Shown: positions 60,677-64,000 of the stretch, one piece after another | Position numbering within the stretch: the stretch's first letter is position 1 | Layout of the letters: every line of letters starts with the position of its first letter | Origin: Candidatus Symbiothrix sp. | Lineage (GTDB): Bacteria; Bacteroidota; Bacteroidia; Bacteroidales; Azobacteroidaceae | Direction of reading: 5' to 3' | NCBI GenBank assembly: GCA_031290435.1 | Contig: JAITNQ010000004.1 | Location: 442 to 64,441, forward strand | Length of the DNA: 64,000 nucleotides | Made by a program: the position numbers and the translations under genes | Notes under the pieces: model-generated | Databases searched by the model: none | What the model was told of the DNA's origin: nothing | What the model saw: only the letters and a program-made list of their open reading frames with translations

Positions 60677-61420
60677 ATGTTAAAGAAAATAGGTATCACA
60701 TTGGGAATCATTTTAATAGCGGCATATATGGTTTTTGCCGTTGTTTACCTGAATCCGCATGCCGAAAAGAATACAGTTTGCGAAATAGTGCAAGTGAGTG
60801 TGGCGGATACCTTGGAAAGACATTACATGACAGAGGCCGAAATAAGACGAATGTTACAAAATGCAGGTTTATCGCCTGTCGGTAAGCGTATTTCCGAAAT
60901 CAATACGACTGCTATTGAGGACAAATTAGCAGAAAACCGGTTGATCAAGCGGGCGGAGTGTTATAAAACAATTGAAGGGACAGTAAAGATAAAAGTTTAC
61001 CAACGGATACCGGTTTTACGGGTATTTTCGCCCAATGGAACTTATTACATTGACAATGAAGGGGAACAAATGCCTGTACCCCGGAATTTTGCGGCTTATG
61101 TGCCCGTAGCAGGCGGCGCTATTGAAAGCAAATATGCACGAACCCAGCTATATGAATTCGCCTTGTTCTTGCACAAAGACAAGTTTTGGAATGCCCAGAT
61201 TGAACAGATATATGTCACGCCGAACGGCGACGTGGAATTGACCCCTACAGTAGGCAATCATCAGATTATTTTGGGGAAAATAGCCGATTATAAAGAAAAT
61301 TTAGATAAATTGCGCCTGTTTTACGAGAAAGGTTTGAACAAAGTCGGATGGAATCGCTATTCGCTTATTAACCTGAAATTTAAAAATCAGGTCGTTTGTA
61401 CAAAAAGAGAGAAAGAATAA
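60677..61420 (+). CDS. ftsQ: Cell division protein FtsQ
   Basis: N-terminal TM, POTRA-like region, QRIPVLR, YSLINLKFKNQVVC; dcw position. Confidence 0.88.
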   Translation: MLKKIGITLGIILIAAYMVFAVVYLNPHAEKNTVCEIVQVSVADTLERHYMTEAEIRRMLQNAGLSPVGKRISEINTTAIEDKLAENRLIKRAECYKTIEGTVKIKVYQRIPVLRVFSPNGTYYIDNEGEQMPVPRNFAAYVPVAGGAIESKYARTQLYEFALFLHKDKFWNAQIEQIYVTPNGDVELTPTVGNHQIILGKIADYKENLDKLRLFYEKGLNKVGWNRYSLINLKFKNQVVCTKREKE

Positions 61421-61432
61421 AATAAACAAGAT

Positions 61433-62824
61433 ATGGAAAAAGTAATTGTAGCATTGGATTTGGGAACAGCTAAGATAATCGCCATGGTGGCCAAAAAAGG
61501 ATGGAATGATGTGTTGTCAATTCAGTATGCGGAGACGATCAATTCAGGAACAGCTTTTCGGAGAGGCTCGGTTTATAATATGAAAAGTGTTTCCGAAAAA
61601 ATTTCCGGCCTTATTGGAAAATTGAATTCCCGATTGGCCGCAGAGAATTATTCGATAGAGAAAATATACCTTGGCGTAGGCGGTCAAGCGCTTCATACAG
61701 AAGTACACAGCATAAAAAAAGAGGTGGAAGGAGGAGTTGTAGGCCGGGACTTGTTAAAATCCATAGATGAAGAAATCGACAAAGATCCGGAGAGCAGTCT
61801 GATACGGAAGAAATTCCGGCCGGAATACTATTTAGACGGTCAGATGGAACCGAATCCTTCAGGCGCCCAAGGCGCTGTTATTGAAGCGAAGTTTTCTTTG
61901 GTTATGGGCGACCGTCCTTTGGCCGGCTTGCGGGAAGCTATTGAGAAAGATGCCAAGATTCCGGTTGCGGATATTTTTGTTTCTCCCTTGGCAACTGCCG
62001 AAGCGGTTCTTACGAAAGAAGAAAAAGAGAAGGGTTGCGCGCTGATTGAATTTGGAGCAGCGCTTACGTATGTTTCCATTTACAAAGAAAATACCTTGAA
62101 ACATTTGGTAACGATTCCCATAGGAGGAACGGCTATTACCAAAGACATGGTCAGTCTCAATTTTCCGGAAAAAGAGGCTGAGGTGTATAAGTGTAATCAC
62201 GGCACTACTTTGATTGAATCGGATTACGAAGAAAATACCGGCAAGCAAACGGGAGAAGATGAAATGCTACGATTAAACAGGGTGATAGAAGCGCGGGTCA
62301 ATGAAATTTTGGACAATGTAATTGAACAAATCTACCGTTCCGGATATGAACAAGTTGTAAGGAGTTTTGTTATCACCGGAGGCGGCGCTTCTTTGCGGGG
62401 TTTACTCGAAATAATCCGGCGCAAAACAAGAAAAGAAGTCCGCTTGGGACTTGCCCTGAAAACCTTGGTCAATCAGGCGCCGGAATGGAGTCAGCAACCG
62501 GCCAATTCCTGTGTTATCGGATTGTTGGCGCTTGGAAAAGAGAATTGTCTGAAGACTAAAGAAATCACAAAAGTGTCTTTGTTTCCAGAGGATGGGAATA
62601 GCACCCCAATAAAAAAAGAAATAAAAAAGCCGGACGAAAAGGGCAGAAAGAACAATTCAGATGGGGAAACGATAAAAGGTCCAGTAAAAAAGTCAAATTT
62701 TTGGGGAAGCATTTTTGATAAAGTGACTGAAGAATTGTTTAATCCGGAAGGAACCGGTTCTAAAGAAGAAACAGCAAAAACACCCGAAGAAAAAACAGCA
62801 GAAAAAAACGAACAAATACAATAG
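61433..62824 (+). CDS. ftsA: Cell division protein FtsA
   Basis: ALDLGTAKI, IPIGGTAITKD, IEARVNEI, ITGGGASL; lies between ftsQ and ftsZ. Confidence 0.9.
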   Translation: MEKVIVALDLGTAKIIAMVAKKGWNDVLSIQYAETINSGTAFRRGSVYNMKSVSEKISGLIGKLNSRLAAENYSIEKIYLGVGGQALHTEVHSIKKEVEGGVVGRDLLKSIDEEIDKDPESSLIRKKFRPEYYLDGQMEPNPSGAQGAVIEAKFSLVMGDRPLAGLREAIEKDAKIPVADIFVSPLATAEAVLTKEEKEKGCALIEFGAALTYVSIYKENTLKHLVTIPIGGTAITKDMVSLNFPEKEAEVYKCNHGTTLIESDYEENTGKQTGEDEMLRLNRVIEARVNEILDNVIEQIYRSGYEQVVRSFVITGGGASLRGLLEIIRRKTRKEVRLGLALKTLVNQAPEWSQQPANSCVIGLLALGKENCLKTKEITKVSLFPEDGNSTPIKKEIKKPDEKGRKNNSDGETIKGPVKKSNFWGSIFDKVTEELFNPEGTGSKEETAKTPEEKTAEKNEQIQ

Positions 62825-62828
62825 TATC

Positions 62829-64000
62829 ATGGAAGAAGAAATTTTAAAACCGGAAATAGAAGAATTGTTGAATTTTGATTTTTCTACCGAAAAGCCCTCA
62901 ATTATCAAGGTAATCGGTGTGGGCGGCGGTGGCGGAAATGCGGTTACACACATGTACAAGGAAGGCATCAGGGATGTTAATTTTGTACTTTGTAATACCG
63001 ATATTCAGGCATTGCTGAAAAGTGAAGTGCCCGTAAAACTACAATTGGGCAAAGAAATTACCAAGGGATTAGGTTCCGGTAACAGACCTGACATTGCGGA
63101 AAAAGCAGCTTTGGAAAGTACGGAAGAAATCCGATCCTTGCTCAGCGATGGCACAAAAATGGTGTTTGTCACTGCCGGAATGGGCGGAGGTACCGGCACA
63201 GGAGCCGCTCCGATTGTAGCCGAAATTGCCAAAAGCTTGGATATCCTGACTATCGGTATCGTGACCATTCCGTTTCTGTTTGAAAAGGAAAACAAAATCA
63301 TTCAGGCCTTGAACGGCGTGGAGAAGATGAGCAGGAGTGTGGACGCCCTGTTGGTGATCAACAATGAAAAATTGCGGGAAGTGTATCCCGATTTGCACAT
63401 ATACAATGCTTTTAAAAAAGCCGATGATACTTTATTGGTTGCCGCTCAAAGCATTGCGGAAATCATCACCTTGCCGGGACATGTAAATCTCGACTTCGCC
63501 GATGTAAATACCACCCTGAAAGCAGGCGGTGTAGCCGTGATGAGCAGCGGATGGGGAGAGGGGGAATGTCGGCTTACAAAAGCCATAGAAAGCGCCTTAA
63601 ATTCGCCTTTGTTGAACAACAATGATATTTTCAATGCGAAAAAAATCCTGCTGAATATCTATTCTTCCGAAAATAATCCGATTATGATGGAAGAAATGAG
63701 CGAGTTGCATGCGTTTATGTCTAAATTTTCGAAAGACATTGAAGTCATCTGGGGCGCCGCCGCCGACGACAGCTTGGAAGAGAAGGCGAAAATCACAATT
63801 CTTGCCACCGGATTCAGTATTGATACCATCCCGATGATGACGGACAAAAAACGTTTCGAATGGGAACGCATGACGGCCGAAGAGCGCGCTGACCAGGAAG
63901 CCAAAGAATCAGCCGCCGAAGAAACGAAGGAAAAAAATACCCGTTCGATTATCCGCTATTATGGAGAAAAAGGACTACAGGTTTTAATCGGAATCGAACA
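62829..64000 (+). CDS. ftsZ: Cell division protein FtsZ, partial (runs off the window, so absent from the ORF track)
   Basis: ATG at 62829; IKVIGVGGGGGNAV, CNTDIQAL, tubulin signature AGMGGGTGTGAAP, VNLDFADV. Confidence 0.97.
   Translation, partial: MEEEILKPEIEELLNFDFSTEKPSIIKVIGVGGGGGNAVTHMYKEGIRDVNFVLCNTDIQALLKSEVPVKLQLGKEITKGLGSGNRPDIAEKAALESTEEIRSLLSDGTKMVFVTAGMGGGTGTGAAPIVAEIAKSLDILTIGIVTIPFLFEKENKIIQALNGVEKMSRSVDALLVINNEKLREVYPDLHIYNAFKKADDTLLVAAQSIAEIITLPGHVNLDFADVNTTLKAGGVAVMSSGWGEGECRLTKAIESALNSPLLNNNDIFNAKKILLNIYSSENNPIMMEEMSELHAFMSKFSKDIEVIWGAAADDSLEEKAKITILATGFSIDTIPMMTDKKRFEWERMTAEERADQEAKESAAEETKEKNTRSIIRYYGEKGLQVLIGIE

Noticed and set aside
1055-63904. Many alternate-frame and antisense ORFs in the track (e.g. 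19137..19856, 55306..55983, 47947..48510)
   Set aside because: They overlap well-supported genes and have no recognisable motifs; shadow ORFs
48754-64000. Absence of murF and ddl from the dcw cluster
   Set aside because: Normal arrangement in Bacteroidetes; these genes usually lie elsewhere

Overview
Chromosomal window from a Bacteroidales bacterium, judged from the TAnnTTTG -7 promoter boxes before most transcription units, a SusC/SusD pair and the rpmB-rpmG-DUF4295 operon. It is mostly core genes: purD, mnmD, pepD, an rsmF-like gene, FKBP, two Lrp/AsnC regulators, a DEAD-box helicase, tRNA-Gln(CTG), an S41 protease, coaD, parE, and the dcw cluster from mraZ to a partial ftsZ. Accessory or unusual content: (1) a single-chain TldD+TldE-like metalloprotease with a signal peptide, head-to-head with a thioester-less alpha-2-macroglobulin, which is the best candidate for an undescribed system; (2) a CAZyme-free SusC-SusD-DUF4843-PKD-TlpA operon; (3) next to tRNA-Gln, a GT-C glycosyltransferase and a foreign-looking REase-MTase-half-HsdS fusion; (4) a family of short palindromic repeats found between genes and also inserted in frame in murC and possibly rsmF; (5) 7-nt tandem repeats at three dcw gene junctions; (6) the tail of a probable DUF4435-like gene at the left edge. 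No CRISPR array, rRNA, integrase or transposase was seen. All family assignments come from motif recognition by eye, not from database searches.
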